Origin: a virus
Taxonomy: Duplodnaviria > Caudoviricetes
Strand: one strand, 5' to 3'
Length of the DNA stretch: 50,014 nt
Virus record (IMG/VR): IMGVR_UViG_3300037044_000250
Location: 1-50,014 of that record
Part shown: positions 39,461 through 48,756 of the stretch, piece after piece
Position numbering within the stretch: position 1 is the first letter of the stretch
Layout: each line of letters starts with the position of its first letter
The notes under the pieces: model-generated
The model's input: only the letters and a program-made list of their open reading frames with translations
Told to the model about the DNA's origin: nothing
The model's database searches: none
Position numbers and translations under genes: made by a program

Positions 39461-39750
39461 TCCTTTGGGTCGGCGTTAAAAGAAGGGTCATCCGCCCGGA
39501 ATTCGCGCATGGGATTCTTCGTCTGAACCCCTGAAGGCGTGTATCCACCCAACGCCTCGACAAATGCGGAAGGGTCAGGAAACTTATATCTGTTTGTTGC
39601 AAGAACCTGCCGGAAAGCGGTTTCAATATCTTCAGCCGGGTAGCCCTTCAGGACATCCGCGTAAAGGTTCACAAGTCTGGGGGTGACTTCACGCGGCCAA
39701 ACCTCGGCAAAGTCAACCAGCATTTCCAAAAGCCGTTTCTTGTTAATCAT
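39457..39750 (-). CDS. putative helicase loader / replication accessory protein
   Basis: Small helical ORF coupled between the initiator and dnaB (LYADVLKGYP...KFPDPS). Confidence 0.5.
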   Translation of the reverse strand: MINKKRLLEMLVDFAEVWPREVTPRLVNLYADVLKGYPAEDIETAFRQVLATNRYKFPDPSAFVEALGGYTPSGVQTKNPMREFRADDPSFNADPKD

Positions 39751-40720
39751 CGCTGAATTCCTCCATCATTTTTTTGATGTTCGCCGCATTGTCATATTTT
39801 TTGAACCCTGGATTGACCCGTTGCGCCCGGTCTTGTTCTTTCGATAGCCAGGAGGAGATGAATTTTCGGACTCCCCGTGAAGTTTTCCGGTTCTTCGGAT
39901 TGTCATCACACCAAAGCGCCATGCGTTTAAGCTGCGCCATTACATCAACAGCCGGAAAAGTATCCTGCCATTTGTCGTAATCTTTTTGTGTGATTCCAAA
40001 TTCTGTTTTGTCGTTAAGGGGAATTTTAAAAATGAAAACTTCTGTTGAGATTTCCGGATCCGGTGAGCTGGAGTTTTTTTCCAGCTCGGCGGAAGAAAAT
40101 ACGCTAGTATTTTCTATTCTTTTTTCTTTATTATTCTTTACTTCTTGTATGTGTTGCTTTTTAAAAGTTTTTGCTGTTGGTTTTGTTGTTGGTTCGCTGT
40201 TGGTTTTGTTGTTGCTTTTTTTATCGCAATAGTTACAAGTATCTGTGTTTTCAGCTATATATTGATGATTTTTGTTGTTGATATTGCCGTTGCTTTTGCT
40301 GTTGTTTTTGTTGTTGGTTTTGCTGTTGCTTTGCTGTTGGTTTTTTTCGTCCATGTTCTCGCTGTTGCCAATTCCGGTGCAATCTTGATAAGTGATCCAT
40401 TTTACAATGGTAATAATTGAAAATCTGTTGTTGCTTTCGACGGTGATGTTCCCGGAATTTTTCAATTTTTGAATTCGTTCGTAAAGTCCGCCTTCGGTCA
40501 TTTTAAGTTCAAGCGCTGCCGTTTTTCTTCCAAAAATAAATTGACCCGGTTCCAAATCAATGACAGCAGTACCTTTGCCCGCTGGTATGCTATAGGAATA
40601 TTTCTTATAGCTTGCCTTTAACAAACACCATATCCAAACCTTGAACAGCGCATCGTTTTGAAATACCTCCGAATTAAGAATTGCCCGGTGTAGCTTGATG
40701 AATCCGGTTCCTATTGGCAT
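39743..40720 (-). CDS. phage replication initiator
   Basis: GFIKLHRAIL...KVWIWCLLKA N-terminus; N/K/T-rich linker; C-terminal FPAVDVMAQLKRMALWCDDNPKNRKT...FISSWL. Confidence 0.85.
   Translation of the reverse strand: MPIGTGFIKLHRAILNSEVFQNDALFKVWIWCLLKASYKKYSYSIPAGKGTAVIDLEPGQFIFGRKTAALELKMTEGGLYERIQKLKNSGNITVESNNRFSIITIVKWITYQDCTGIGNSENMDEKNQQQSNSKTNNKNNSKSNGNINNKNHQYIAENTDTCNYCDKKSNNKTNSEPTTKPTAKTFKKQHIQEVKNNKEKRIENTSVFSSAELEKNSSSPDPEISTEVFIFKIPLNDKTEFGITQKDYDKWQDTFPAVDVMAQLKRMALWCDDNPKNRKTSRGVRKFISSWLSKEQDRAQRVNPGFKKYDNAANIKKMMEEFSDD
40150..40345. repeat. iterons of phage replication origin within the initiator gene
   Basis: About 10 near-12-bp repeats of TTTGYTGTTGGT in two clusters, next to AT-rich 40100-40170. 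Confidence 0.7.
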
Positions 40721-40742
40721 GCTGCCGCCCTCGATGCTGAAA

Positions 40743-40824
40743 ATGACAAGTAACGAGTAACAGGTGACGAGTGACAAGCCACCCGTCATCCGTTACCCGT
40801 CACTCATTGCCCGTCATCCGTCAC
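40743..40824. repeat. heptamer tandem-repeat hairpin
   Basis: TGACAAG TAACGAG TAACAGG TGACGAG ... CCGTCAT CCGTTAC CCGTCAC. Confidence 0.75.
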
Positions 40825-41012
40825 CTGTTAGATACCTTGAGCATGTTCTTCTTGATGTACTTATCAATGGAGCCTTTTGACACACGCAAGCCACGAGGCC
40901 CGAGCCTGATGGCTTTAAGCTTTCCGGATTTGATCAAATCGTAAATGTGGCGCTCGGTGCAGCAAAGCTCCTGTGCGGCTTTGCGAACATAAATAAATTT
41001 TCCGATGGTCAT
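40821..41012 (-). CDS. excisionase-family HTH protein
   Basis: VRKAAQELCCTERHIYDLIKSGKLKAIRLG. Confidence 0.85.
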   Translation of the reverse strand: MTIGKFIYVRKAAQELCCTERHIYDLIKSGKLKAIRLGPRGLRVSKGSIDKYIKKNMLKVSNR

Positions 41013-42871
41013 GGTTTCCCCTTTTGCCGCTCCATGAAGGAGCTGATCACGGTAACTTTCTTTTTCCTTTTAGTGGGGTCCTGAGAGGCGGCGGTCTTCT
41101 TCTGGTTTTTGGGATTCCCAAGCCAGAGAAGACCGGCGCGGATGGCGGCGGCGTATGCGTAAATTTCTGCATCGAGTGCATCGTTTCGATCCCGCGTTTT
41201 CACCCATTCCAGGTAGGGGAACCCGCCTTTTATATGCGTTTCGATTTTTTCAGCAGTCAGTTGCAGAAAATACTCATCCGTTACGGATTCATACCAGTGG
41301 TAACAGCAGGGTCCGGGCGTGGTAATGTTTTTCAGCCGGCCGTAAAGGGTGGATTTTGCCGTATCGGTTCCAACAGGCCATAATTTGACGCCTTTGGGTA
41401 TGAGTTTGCCTTTCCAGTTCAGATCCTGGAGCGATGGTTTTCCAAGCACGGGTTTATTGCGGGCGCGCTCGCCTTTTACAGCGAAGATACGGCTGTCCTT
41501 TTTCCGGCAATAATTATAAACCTGTTGTGTTTTGTAACCAGAATCTATTGCAACACCGACAACGGGGATGCCAGCGTCATCGCGTGTGAAGTTAAAAGCA
41601 ATCAAGTCGTCAAGCTGCGTTTCCCATTCCCCGTATATCTCTCCATGCCAGATAAGCCATGATTCTTCACCCACACCCCATCCACGGATCACAATCACAA
41701 TGCGGTTTTCCTGTACGTCAACGCCAAACGTGATGAACACAACACCCGGGGGCGGCTTCATCGGCGAGTAAGGTTCACATCTCAGCCGGAGGTTTTCCCA
41801 TTCCGGTTGTTCCCCGGCAACTTCATAAGGTTCGCCCAGCCGTGTATTTACCCAGACCTTCAGGGCCATGGGGTCATTTTTTGCGTCGATGTATTCCTGG
41901 GCGATCTGGCGCCAGGATACAAAACCCAGGGGAGACAGGAGCCCGCTGATGTGATATCCGCGTTTTTTCCGGTTGGGTTGCAGGGGAATCCATTTTCCCT
42001 TTTTCAGCATCCTGCTTTTGTAATGCTCGTTGATTCTTTCCCGGCAGCGCATGCAGGTGTACCAGACATCGGTTATCTCTCCGTTTTCCGCTGTGTAATG
42101 CAGCCCGTGCTCCTCGTTGTTTGTGGAGAAAATAAGGATTTGCAGGGTCTCGCAAAAAGGGCAGGGCACGTGGTAATACCGCTGGTCGGATTTCTGGAAT
42201 TCTTTTTCGATCAGGGATCCGCCTTTTTGCGTAGGCGTGCTGATCTTTAATATTTTTTTCCGGCTGGAGTAAGTATCGGTCCGGCGTTCGGCCAGGCTCA
42301 CGGGGCTTCCTTCGCCGCCGATATCCGGTTCAAAACCGTCGATATCATCCAGGATCAGATATCGTATGGAGATATTTCTGAAAGCCGCGCCGGAGTTGCT
42401 GCCGGCCATGTACAGCGCGCCGCCGACAAAATTTTTGGCAAGTACTGTGTTTCCGCCGGTGCGGCTTTTTGTCGGGTGGACCTTTGTAGCGATCGCGGGA
42501 ATGCTTTCGATCATGGGTGCGATACGGTTCCGGCTGTGGCGTTCCGCCAGCTCAACCGTGGGAAGCATGTATAAAATAGGGCCGGGTGCACAGTCGATGA
42601 TATAACCGATAAAATTGTTTGCCACTTCAGATCCGCCAATCTGCGTGGCTTTCATAACAACTACGTCGTTTACCTCTGTTTCGGTTACCGAGAGTGCCTG
42701 CATGATCTCCCGCAGATATGGCGTGCGTTTTGTGCGGTAGTTGCCGGCCTCACGGGAGGCAACGGTATTTAAAACCCTTTTCTCATCCGCCCACTCGTCA
42801 ACAGAGATAAGGGGGTCCAGTTCAAGGCCGGCACAGGCAGCTTGGATAAAAAAAGTGTGGCCATCAATCAT
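41009..42871 (-). CDS. terL: terminase large subunit (lambda gpA family)
   Basis: RTPYLREIM, MKATQIGGSE, LILDDID, ISTPT, YYHVPCPFC, GVDVQENR, RNDALDAEIYAYAA. Confidence 0.96.
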   Translation of the reverse strand: MIDGHTFFIQAACAGLELDPLISVDEWADEKRVLNTVASREAGNYRTKRTPYLREIMQALSVTETEVNDVVVMKATQIGGSEVANNFIGYIIDCAPGPILYMLPTVELAERHSRNRIAPMIESIPAIATKVHPTKSRTGGNTVLAKNFVGGALYMAGSNSGAAFRNISIRYLILDDIDGFEPDIGGEGSPVSLAERRTDTYSSRKKILKISTPTQKGGSLIEKEFQKSDQRYYHVPCPFCETLQILIFSTNNEEHGLHYTAENGEITDVWYTCMRCRERINEHYKSRMLKKGKWIPLQPNRKKRGYHISGLLSPLGFVSWRQIAQEYIDAKNDPMALKVWVNTRLGEPYEVAGEQPEWENLRLRCEPYSPMKPPPGVVFITFGVDVQENRIVIVIRGWGVGEESWLIWHGEIYGEWETQLDDLIAFNFTRDDAGIPVVGVAIDSGYKTQQVYNYCRKKDSRIFAVKGERARNKPVLGKPSLQDLNWKGKLIPKGVKLWPVGTDTAKSTLYGRLKNITTPGPCCYHWYESVTDEYFLQLTAEKIETHIKGGFPYLEWVKTRDRNDALDAEIYAYAAAIRAGLLWLGNPKNQKKTAASQDPTKRKKKVTVISSFMERQKGKP

Positions 42872-42911
42872 AATGAACCCGTACCGGCGTAACCCGCCTG
42901 TCAGAATTGGA

Positions 42912-43034
42912 ATGGCAAAGCAAAAAGTTCAAGATCAAGGCGAGCAAGTCCTGAGGAGTGAGGCGTACAACCAGTACGCCGCAACGACGAAGGATGCAGC
43001 TCAACGCAGATATTGGGCTTTTTGAGAAGCCATC
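42912..43034. repeat. palindromic MITE/REP-like element, copy 4 (diverged)
   Basis: Core GTCCTGAGGAGTGAGGCGTACAACCAGTACGCCGCAACGACGAAGGATGC between terS and terL. Confidence 0.85.
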
Positions 43035-43677
43035 AATCATCGGAACCGTCTCGGATATGCGTTAACGCGTTTCGTATTTCATTCTCCAGGATGATCCGTA
43101 TATTGGCTTCCTTCTTTTCAGCGGCAAGCTGGGCGCTGATTCTGTCAATGATGTTAATCAGACTGTCGCGGGTTTTCCGGTACATTTCAAAGGCGCCTTT
43201 CCTGACATCTTCGTCCCGGAGCAATTTCCCAGCCCGCTCCTCATAATCCAGCTTTTTCATTTCGGCGTTATACTGTTCTTTTAACGTCCGAGCCGCGCTG
43301 AAGGACATTCCCGCCAACTCAATGGTTTTTGCTGTTTCTGTCTTCTGTCCTCCGTCATCAGCCCTCTGCCTTCTGTCATCCGTCCTCTGTTCATCCTGTG
43401 CCGGTAGGCACAGCCTGGCGATCTTGTTTTTATGTCCGCGGGCCACGGGGTCTGAATATTTTTTGACATTTTCAACGGCAGCTTCAATATCGATGATGTA
43501 TCGCCTGTTGTTGAGCCTGGTAAAAGTATCGCCGAAAGCGCCTTTCTGGTGGAGTTGAGAAACACGTCCCTTGGTGATGCCAAGGCGTTTTGCCAGATCG
43601 GTAACATTCCCGTAACCAGCCGGTAAAGATTTCAGATTACTTTTTCCCCGAGGTTTGTTTCTTGATTTTTTTGGCAC
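43033..43677 (-). CDS. terS: terminase small subunit (Nu1-like)
   Basis: N-terminal HTH (TDLAKRLGITKGRVSQL); C-terminal ARTLKEQYNAEMKKLDYEERAGKL...ENEIRNAL; upstream of terL. Confidence 0.8.
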   Translation of the reverse strand: MPKKSRNKPRGKSNLKSLPAGYGNVTDLAKRLGITKGRVSQLHQKGAFGDTFTRLNNRRYIIDIEAAVENVKKYSDPVARGHKNKIARLCLPAQDEQRTDDRRQRADDGGQKTETAKTIELAGMSFSAARTLKEQYNAEMKKLDYEERAGKLLRDEDVRKGAFEMYRKTRDSLINIIDRISAQLAAEKKEANIRIILENEIRNALTHIRDGSDD

Positions 43678-43758
43678 AGGGAGCTCCCTGGAAATTGAAA
43701 CCTCTTAGATGTGTTCATCCTGATTGCTTTTCATTTTCACTTCCCGACATCGATGCCA

Positions 43759-44229
43759 TCATATGGGAAATCGGCGCTTGGCGAATAAAGACATGAGAAG
43801 TGAATCGCTGCGGCCGTGTTGAGACTTTTTCAGTTGAAGGTTTGGGAAATGCCTGCGAGCAGAAACCAGAGATCGCGACTTGGTATCGGGTCCATCAGCA
43901 TTGTGAAGCATGGCACGTTGCCAGGTTAAGGGGGGAACAAGTTCAGTATCTACTTTAAGTGCCGCTAAAACGCCTCTGATCAAGCCGTAACTGGTACCAA
44001 ATTTGAACACACTCGAAACGCCCTGCTTCGGCATGGAATGCTGTGCTTCCACAACAGCAATGGTGATGTTGTAAATCTCTTTCCAATCTGCAATGGTGTT
44101 TGCAAAAACAAACTCGTCTTCCCAATCCTCAATATCAAAGCTGCCATTTTCGCGCAAAATTGCGTAAGCACCCGTAGCGCCCGGGTCGATACCGACCCAG
44201 GCGCTAAGTTTTGGATCTGTATATTCCAC
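43759..44229 (-). CDS. RuvC-like Holliday junction resolvase
   Basis: VGIDPGATGA, VVEAQHSMPKQGVSSVFKFG, PLTWQ, GRSDSLLM. Confidence 0.88.
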   Translation of the reverse strand: MEYTDPKLSAWVGIDPGATGAYAILRENGSFDIEDWEDEFVFANTIADWKEIYNITIAVVEAQHSMPKQGVSSVFKFGTSYGLIRGVLAALKVDTELVPPLTWQRAMLHNADGPDTKSRSLVSARRHFPNLQLKKSQHGRSDSLLMSLFAKRRFPI

Positions 44230-44255
44230 AATTTCTCCAATTCATTTAGGATTTT

Positions 44256-44399
44256 GACGATTTTGTAAAAAGTTCGCAGGCAAGGCGCGCGCACCGGAGC
44301 TTTCGGCGACAACGCCTGAGGAGTGAGGCGTACGACCAGTACGCCGCAACGACGAAGGATGCAGCGCAACGCAGCATCCGGACTTTTTGCGAAGTCGTC
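44256..44399. repeat. palindromic MITE/REP-like element, copy 5
   Basis: Nearly identical to 8895..9038. Confidence 0.9.
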
Positions 44400-44401
44400 A
44401 C

Positions 44402-44656
44402 CTATAGGCTGCATCGCTTCGCCTTATGGCTGATCCTGGAGCAAACCCACTCGATATAGTCGGCGGTTGGATAGGCGATTTTTCGGCCAATAAAAAAGGC
44501 TCCTTTTGGCCCGATTCCAGCAGAATCAAAATTTGCCATGACACCCACCGAATTACCGTCAAGCGCCTGCCGTGTTTTGTCAGTGCGGAAAAGATAGGGC
44601 CTTCCCGCCAAAGCTTTTTCTAGCTCAATTCGAATTTTCTCTTGTGATTCTGTCAT
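44402..44656 (-). CDS. small DNA-binding protein (AlpA/excisionase-like)
   Basis: MANFDSAGIGPKGAFFIGRKIAYPTADYIEW. Confidence 0.6.
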   Translation of the reverse strand: MTESQEKIRIELEKALAGRPYLFRTDKTRQALDGNSVGVMANFDSAGIGPKGAFFIGRKIAYPTADYIEWVCSRISHKAKRCSL

Positions 44657-45029
44657 TTGAATCCTTTCCAAGGCTCCACCTAACTCCAATTTTTGCAGCT
44701 ACGCTCACCAGCGGGCTTGCCGTGCTGCTGATTAGGAAAGTAACATTTATAAAACTTGCAAAATGCCCAACCATATTCAGGATCGCAAGTTTTCCGAGGC
44801 ATGAAACAATATGAATGGCATGTGTAACACCTTCCGTCATCATTTGGTTTTTCATAGTTCATAATTCAAAAAGACCCGGCCTTGATTCTGTTTCCCAGAA
44901 ATGATTTTTCCTGACCGGAACTGGATTGCGACAGAATCTTTTTTATTGCCGTTGACGGACCGGGTCGCCAGCGGGGAGGCATCCAGCCAGGTTTACGTGA
45001 AAAGACTTCTCCGAAAACCATAAAATCAG

Positions 45030-45064
45030 TCCCCCCCTTGGCAAAGGGGGGGCAGGGGGGATTT
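45030..45064. repeat. short GC palindrome CCCCCCTT-N4-AAGGGGGG (second copy ~46580-46614)
   Basis: CCCCCCCTTGGCAAAGGGGGGGCAGGGGGGATTT and CCCCCTTTGTAAAAGGGGGATCGAGGGGGATTT. Confidence 0.6.
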
Positions 45065-45094
45065 CAGACGTCAAACCATTCATAACTGTTGGCC

Positions 45095-46468
45095 TTAAAA
45101 CTTTTCAAACCCCTCCGGACCTGCTCCATCCGGAATTCCGTAGTCTTTGTCTATTTGAGCTTCAACCATTTCCATCATGCGAGACAGTATTTTATCGCAG
45201 TCCTCAACTGTGTTCGGCATGGATCCGAGTTCTTTTTTTGCCGCAGCATACTCGTTGGGGAACTCAGCCTTTCGAGTCATCAGGTTTTTGTACTGGGGGG
45301 TGTAACTCAGGGGCATGGCGCTTTCAGTTTTTTCAGACGCCGGTGTTTCAGGTGCAGGCGCTTGTGTGCCCGCAAGCGGCCAGGGCTGATTCGGGTACAA
45401 TTTTACCCACTTTTCAATGGCTTCCATCAGCAGGTCTTTCGGGCAATGTCGGAATAAATCCATGTTCTGGAAAACAAAAGTTGAAAAACCGGGGCCTTTC
45501 AGGTTTATGTACCGGGTCCGGAAATTATTCCATACCGCGGCATCACTCGGGGGGGCCTGGTGTCCAGCCACGTTTGCCGGATCCGGTGTCGCTGTTTTCG
45601 GGGCAGCAGGGGTCTCTTTTTCCTTATCCGATTCTTTTTTTGCCGAGGCTTGCTTCGACATCCAGGTCTCAAACGCTTTGATAAATTCACTCCAATTCCC
45701 GACTGCCCGGCTTTTAAGATCGTCAACGCTGGCGCCGTTGGCTTTTGCCGTAAGGGCAACAAATTCAATGAGCTTTTCCCGGCCTTCCGGGTACTGCTCT
45801 GCAGCAAGAATATCAAAAGCGTTTTCGTCAATACTTCCGCTTCCCGACAATTCAGTTTCTGCCGGGACTTTTAACTGATACTGTTCATGCCCGTCATTTC
45901 CGACTGTAGATTCCAAAACAATCGCGTCGCTGTTTTCTTCGATGGTCCGGATTCCCTTCAGGAAATCCGCGAATTGATCCCGCATGGCGAAATTGCGGGC
46001 CTTGAACTGCATCATGCGATTCGTCCATCTTTTCCACGGGCTTTCAGGTTTCACCTGATCAAAGCCGGCCTCTAACGCCTCGGCCCACGAATATGAACCG
46101 GTAACCGCTTCACAGCCCTTTCTTTTAACCCGACAGTGGTACGTCCAATTGGGTTTTTTCCGATCACCTTCCGACCATTCCTTGAATTCTTCAAGCAGTC
46201 CGGAAGACCGGACAATCGCCAGGGCCGCATCGCCGTAAATACCTGGGCGTCCGTTTATTACAGCAATGTTTTGGACGCTCGCCATCGGTGACAGCCCGAT
46301 TTCCGCGCCCATTTGCATGGCCACGAAAACTGCTTCCGGGGTCTCGATCGATTTCGGCATCAACCCGGATGCTGCCATGATTTTGGCAAGCCGGATAGCT
46401 TCCTCAATACCGTGAGGCGTAATACCAAATGATCTCTTTTCTACTGCTGGTAAATTTTGACTGTCCAT
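45095..46468 (-). CDS. RecT-like single-strand annealing recombinase with long C-terminal extension
   Basis: SGLMPK...MQMGAEIGLSPMASVQNIAVINGRPGIYGDA, PWKRWTNRMMQFKARNFAMRDQFADFLKG. Confidence 0.85.
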   Translation of the reverse strand: MDSQNLPAVEKRSFGITPHGIEEAIRLAKIMAASGLMPKSIETPEAVFVAMQMGAEIGLSPMASVQNIAVINGRPGIYGDAALAIVRSSGLLEEFKEWSEGDRKKPNWTYHCRVKRKGCEAVTGSYSWAEALEAGFDQVKPESPWKRWTNRMMQFKARNFAMRDQFADFLKGIRTIEENSDAIVLESTVGNDGHEQYQLKVPAETELSGSGSIDENAFDILAAEQYPEGREKLIEFVALTAKANGASVDDLKSRAVGNWSEFIKAFETWMSKQASAKKESDKEKETPAAPKTATPDPANVAGHQAPPSDAAVWNNFRTRYINLKGPGFSTFVFQNMDLFRHCPKDLLMEAIEKWVKLYPNQPWPLAGTQAPAPETPASEKTESAMPLSYTPQYKNLMTRKAEFPNEYAAAKKELGSMPNTVEDCDKILSRMMEMVEAQIDKDYGIPDGAGPEGFEKF

Positions 46469-46630
46469 TTTTCTTCCCTCCTTTAAAATTTAATGAAATC
46501 GCAAAAAGTCATAACTCAGACGGCTTCGTAAGCTTTCATATGAAGTCCGGGCTTTTCCCCGTCAATGAAAATGGATACCTTCCCCCTTTGTAAAAGGGGG
46601 ATCGAGGGGGATTTTCCCGCTGAATCATCG

Positions 46631-47407
46631 TCATGATTTAATCACGGCCGTTTCCGTCTCATAGATTCGCATACCGGGGATTTCCCTGATCCCGCTTTTG
46701 ATGGCTTGGTTCACGGAAACCTTATCAACCACAAGATACTTTCCTGGGATCAGGCTGATGTCCAAAACATCCCACACCCAGTCTTTCCGGAGATGCACGG
46801 AAGATCCGGTCTCCGAGCGAAACACCGTTTGAACAGGTACAACAGGTGCAACCACAACCGGGGCTATTACTTCGGGCTCCATCGGTGCGGCCGGTTCCCC
46901 CTTTTCAGCCGCTTTCCGCGCCTCGGCTTCCCGCTGGGCGTTCAGTGCCGCTGCCCGTGCATCCAGTTCACGCTGAATTTTTTCAGCCTCGATGCGCGCG
47001 CGCTCCTGGGCTTCCCTTCGCTGCATCTGGCCCTTGGTTATGTGCGCCTGGATCCCTGTCTTTAATTTCCGGTCAATCTCGTCCAAAGCATCCCGAAAAA
47101 CCTTGACGAAGTTGTTAACGGTCTTTACAAACTCACCCGGCGCCTCGATTACCTCTTTGCGCTTTTTCTCGATCGCTGTTGCCAGTTTTTTTGCCTGGCC
47201 GGCCATTGTGATCGCCTCGTTCTGGCTGGCTTCATCTGTTACGACATGCGCCATGGCCTGAGCCTTCATCCGCTCGATTTCAGGCAGGTACATCCGTCGC
47301 AACACGCGACACGCCTGTTCTGCATCATTGTATCCAATTAATACCGACGGGATATGCACAGCCGCCGGGACTTCCTCAGTTTCTTTCACTGCTGCCATAA
47401 AATCCAT
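46631..47407 (-). CDS. coiled-coil phage protein (Gp157-like C-terminus)
   Basis: Coiled coil; IPGKYLVVD...AIKSGIREIPGMRIYE. Confidence 0.65.
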   Translation of the reverse strand: MDFMAAVKETEEVPAAVHIPSVLIGYNDAEQACRVLRRMYLPEIERMKAQAMAHVVTDEASQNEAITMAGQAKKLATAIEKKRKEVIEAPGEFVKTVNNFVKVFRDALDEIDRKLKTGIQAHITKGQMQRREAQERARIEAEKIQRELDARAAALNAQREAEARKAAEKGEPAAPMEPEVIAPVVVAPVVPVQTVFRSETGSSVHLRKDWVWDVLDISLIPGKYLVVDKVSVNQAIKSGIREIPGMRIYETETAVIKS

Positions 47408-47428
47408 ATCTACCTCTTTGTATGGAAA

Positions 47429-47522
47429 AGGGGGCAGGGGCCAGGTTTCAGGGTGCAGATAAAAGCAGGACGCAATGTGCGTTTTTTCCTGCCCCCTGCC
47501 CCCTGTTACCTGTCACCTGCCC
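47429..47522. repeat. heptamer-repeat hairpin (CAGGGGC/CCTGCCC)
   Basis: GGGGCAG GGGCCAG GTTTCAG GGTGCAG ... CCTGCCC CCTGCCC CCTGTTA CCTGTCA. Confidence 0.7.
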
Positions 47523-48052
47523 TTAAAGTACCTGTAAGCTCCAAGCGCGTTCAGAAATGCCGCCCAGGGTTCTCCGTCGATATCGACCTGTGTCAATATC
47601 GGGCCTGTTCCTTTTTTTCGGAGACGAACGGCAAGTCCTCGCTGGATATCATATCCGCCTTCCCTTGCCAGATGGGCATATGCCGCTATTTGGGGAAGCC
47701 ATGTTTTTGTTGCAGCCATCGGCGTTTTATAATCGATGACTGTCAAACGACTGTCTCCCCACATTCTAACGATCGCATCCGGGTGCCCCATGTAGCCAAG
47801 TTCGGCGTTGACCAGTTCGGTTTCGATGGCCATAAACTCCGTTACGGCACGATCTGCCCAGCCCAGAAAACTCTTAAAAAATCCTTTGTCTTCCTGCCGC
47901 AGAAAACAATCCGCCCACAATCCCTGGGCATGGGCCGCGCATGCCGCATGAACCCGGCTCCCGCGCTCTGCCGCTGCCGCCAGGACGTCCGGCCGTATCC
48001 CCGAGAAATCAGTGAACGGAGAAAGGACTGTTGTTACGGATGGTAATTTCAC
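47513..48052 (-). CDS. PD-(D/E)XK exonuclease
   Basis: PSVTTVL, AERGSRVH, YMGHPDAI, VIDYKT, QIAAYA. Confidence 0.88.
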   Translation of the reverse strand: MKLPSVTTVLSPFTDFSGIRPDVLAAAAERGSRVHAACAAHAQGLWADCFLRQEDKGFFKSFLGWADRAVTEFMAIETELVNAELGYMGHPDAIVRMWGDSRLTVIDYKTPMAATKTWLPQIAAYAHLAREGGYDIQRGLAVRLRKKGTGPILTQVDIDGEPWAAFLNALGAYRYFKGR

Positions 48053-48092
48053 AACGCCCCTGCCTGATCCAGTTGTGCAGGTGCTGTTCCAA

Positions 48093-48290
48093 TCATAGAA
48101 AACTTACCAGTCCGGCTTCATAAGCAAGCCGATTCATTGCTTTGTGGTAAGTTCGGTTCCATGCATCGGTATAATTTTCTCCATCAATATTTTCTTTTGC
48201 ATGTTTTTCATTTGCGATCCTCACAGCGATATCAATCAGTCCATCCCTTTTTTCGACGTAAGTCTGTGTTTCAATCCTATGTTTTGCCAT
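48093..48290 (-). CDS. hypothetical phage protein
   Basis: RBS GGGGAG; early operon. Confidence 0.5.
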   Translation of the reverse strand: MAKHRIETQTYVEKRDGLIDIAVRIANEKHAKENIDGENYTDAWNRTYHKAMNRLAYEAGLVSFL

Positions 48291-48484
48291 TACGATCTCC
48301 CCTTGTAATGTCCACACCCACTCTCTATAATGTTAAAAGAATCATATCTAAGTAGATACCCGTCATGAACATCAAAAAACCTGGAAACGCCACATTGGCG
48401 ACATCCCCGTTGAATTCATTCTTTTTTCACTCCATCTTCCCATTCTTTGCAGTTCCATCTTTGATAAGTCGTAATACCAGTCTC

Positions 48485-48685
48485 TTACTCCTGTTTTATT
48501 GACCCGGACGCTTTTAAAGGTAATAATTTAACCAGGTCGGGATGTGCTGTGATCACTGGGATTCCGATTTCCAGGCAGGCGCGGACCAGTTCGGACAGCG
48601 AACAGTCCAGGGAAATTGTCGCGGTGTTGACGATACCGAGTAGCCGATCGTCAATCTTGATGTTAAGGGGATTGTTTGTCTTCAT
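48485..48685 (-). CDS. small regulator (ribbon-helix-helix-like)
   Basis: LNIKIDD...SLSELVRACLE; RBS GGAGG; directly after cro. Confidence 0.55.
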   Translation of the reverse strand: MKTNNPLNIKIDDRLLGIVNTATISLDCSLSELVRACLEIGIPVITAHPDLVKLLPLKASGSIKQE

Positions 48686-48756
48686 GGCTCTACCTCCAAA
48701 CCCAAACGCGCACTCAGAACATTGCAATTGCATAGGGGCACTCCTGGTTTAAGGAA

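Noticed and set aside
47513-48052. Cas4 / CRISPR adaptation gene
   Set aside because: Lacks the four-cysteine Fe-S pattern; its position near recT fits a phage recombination exonuclease
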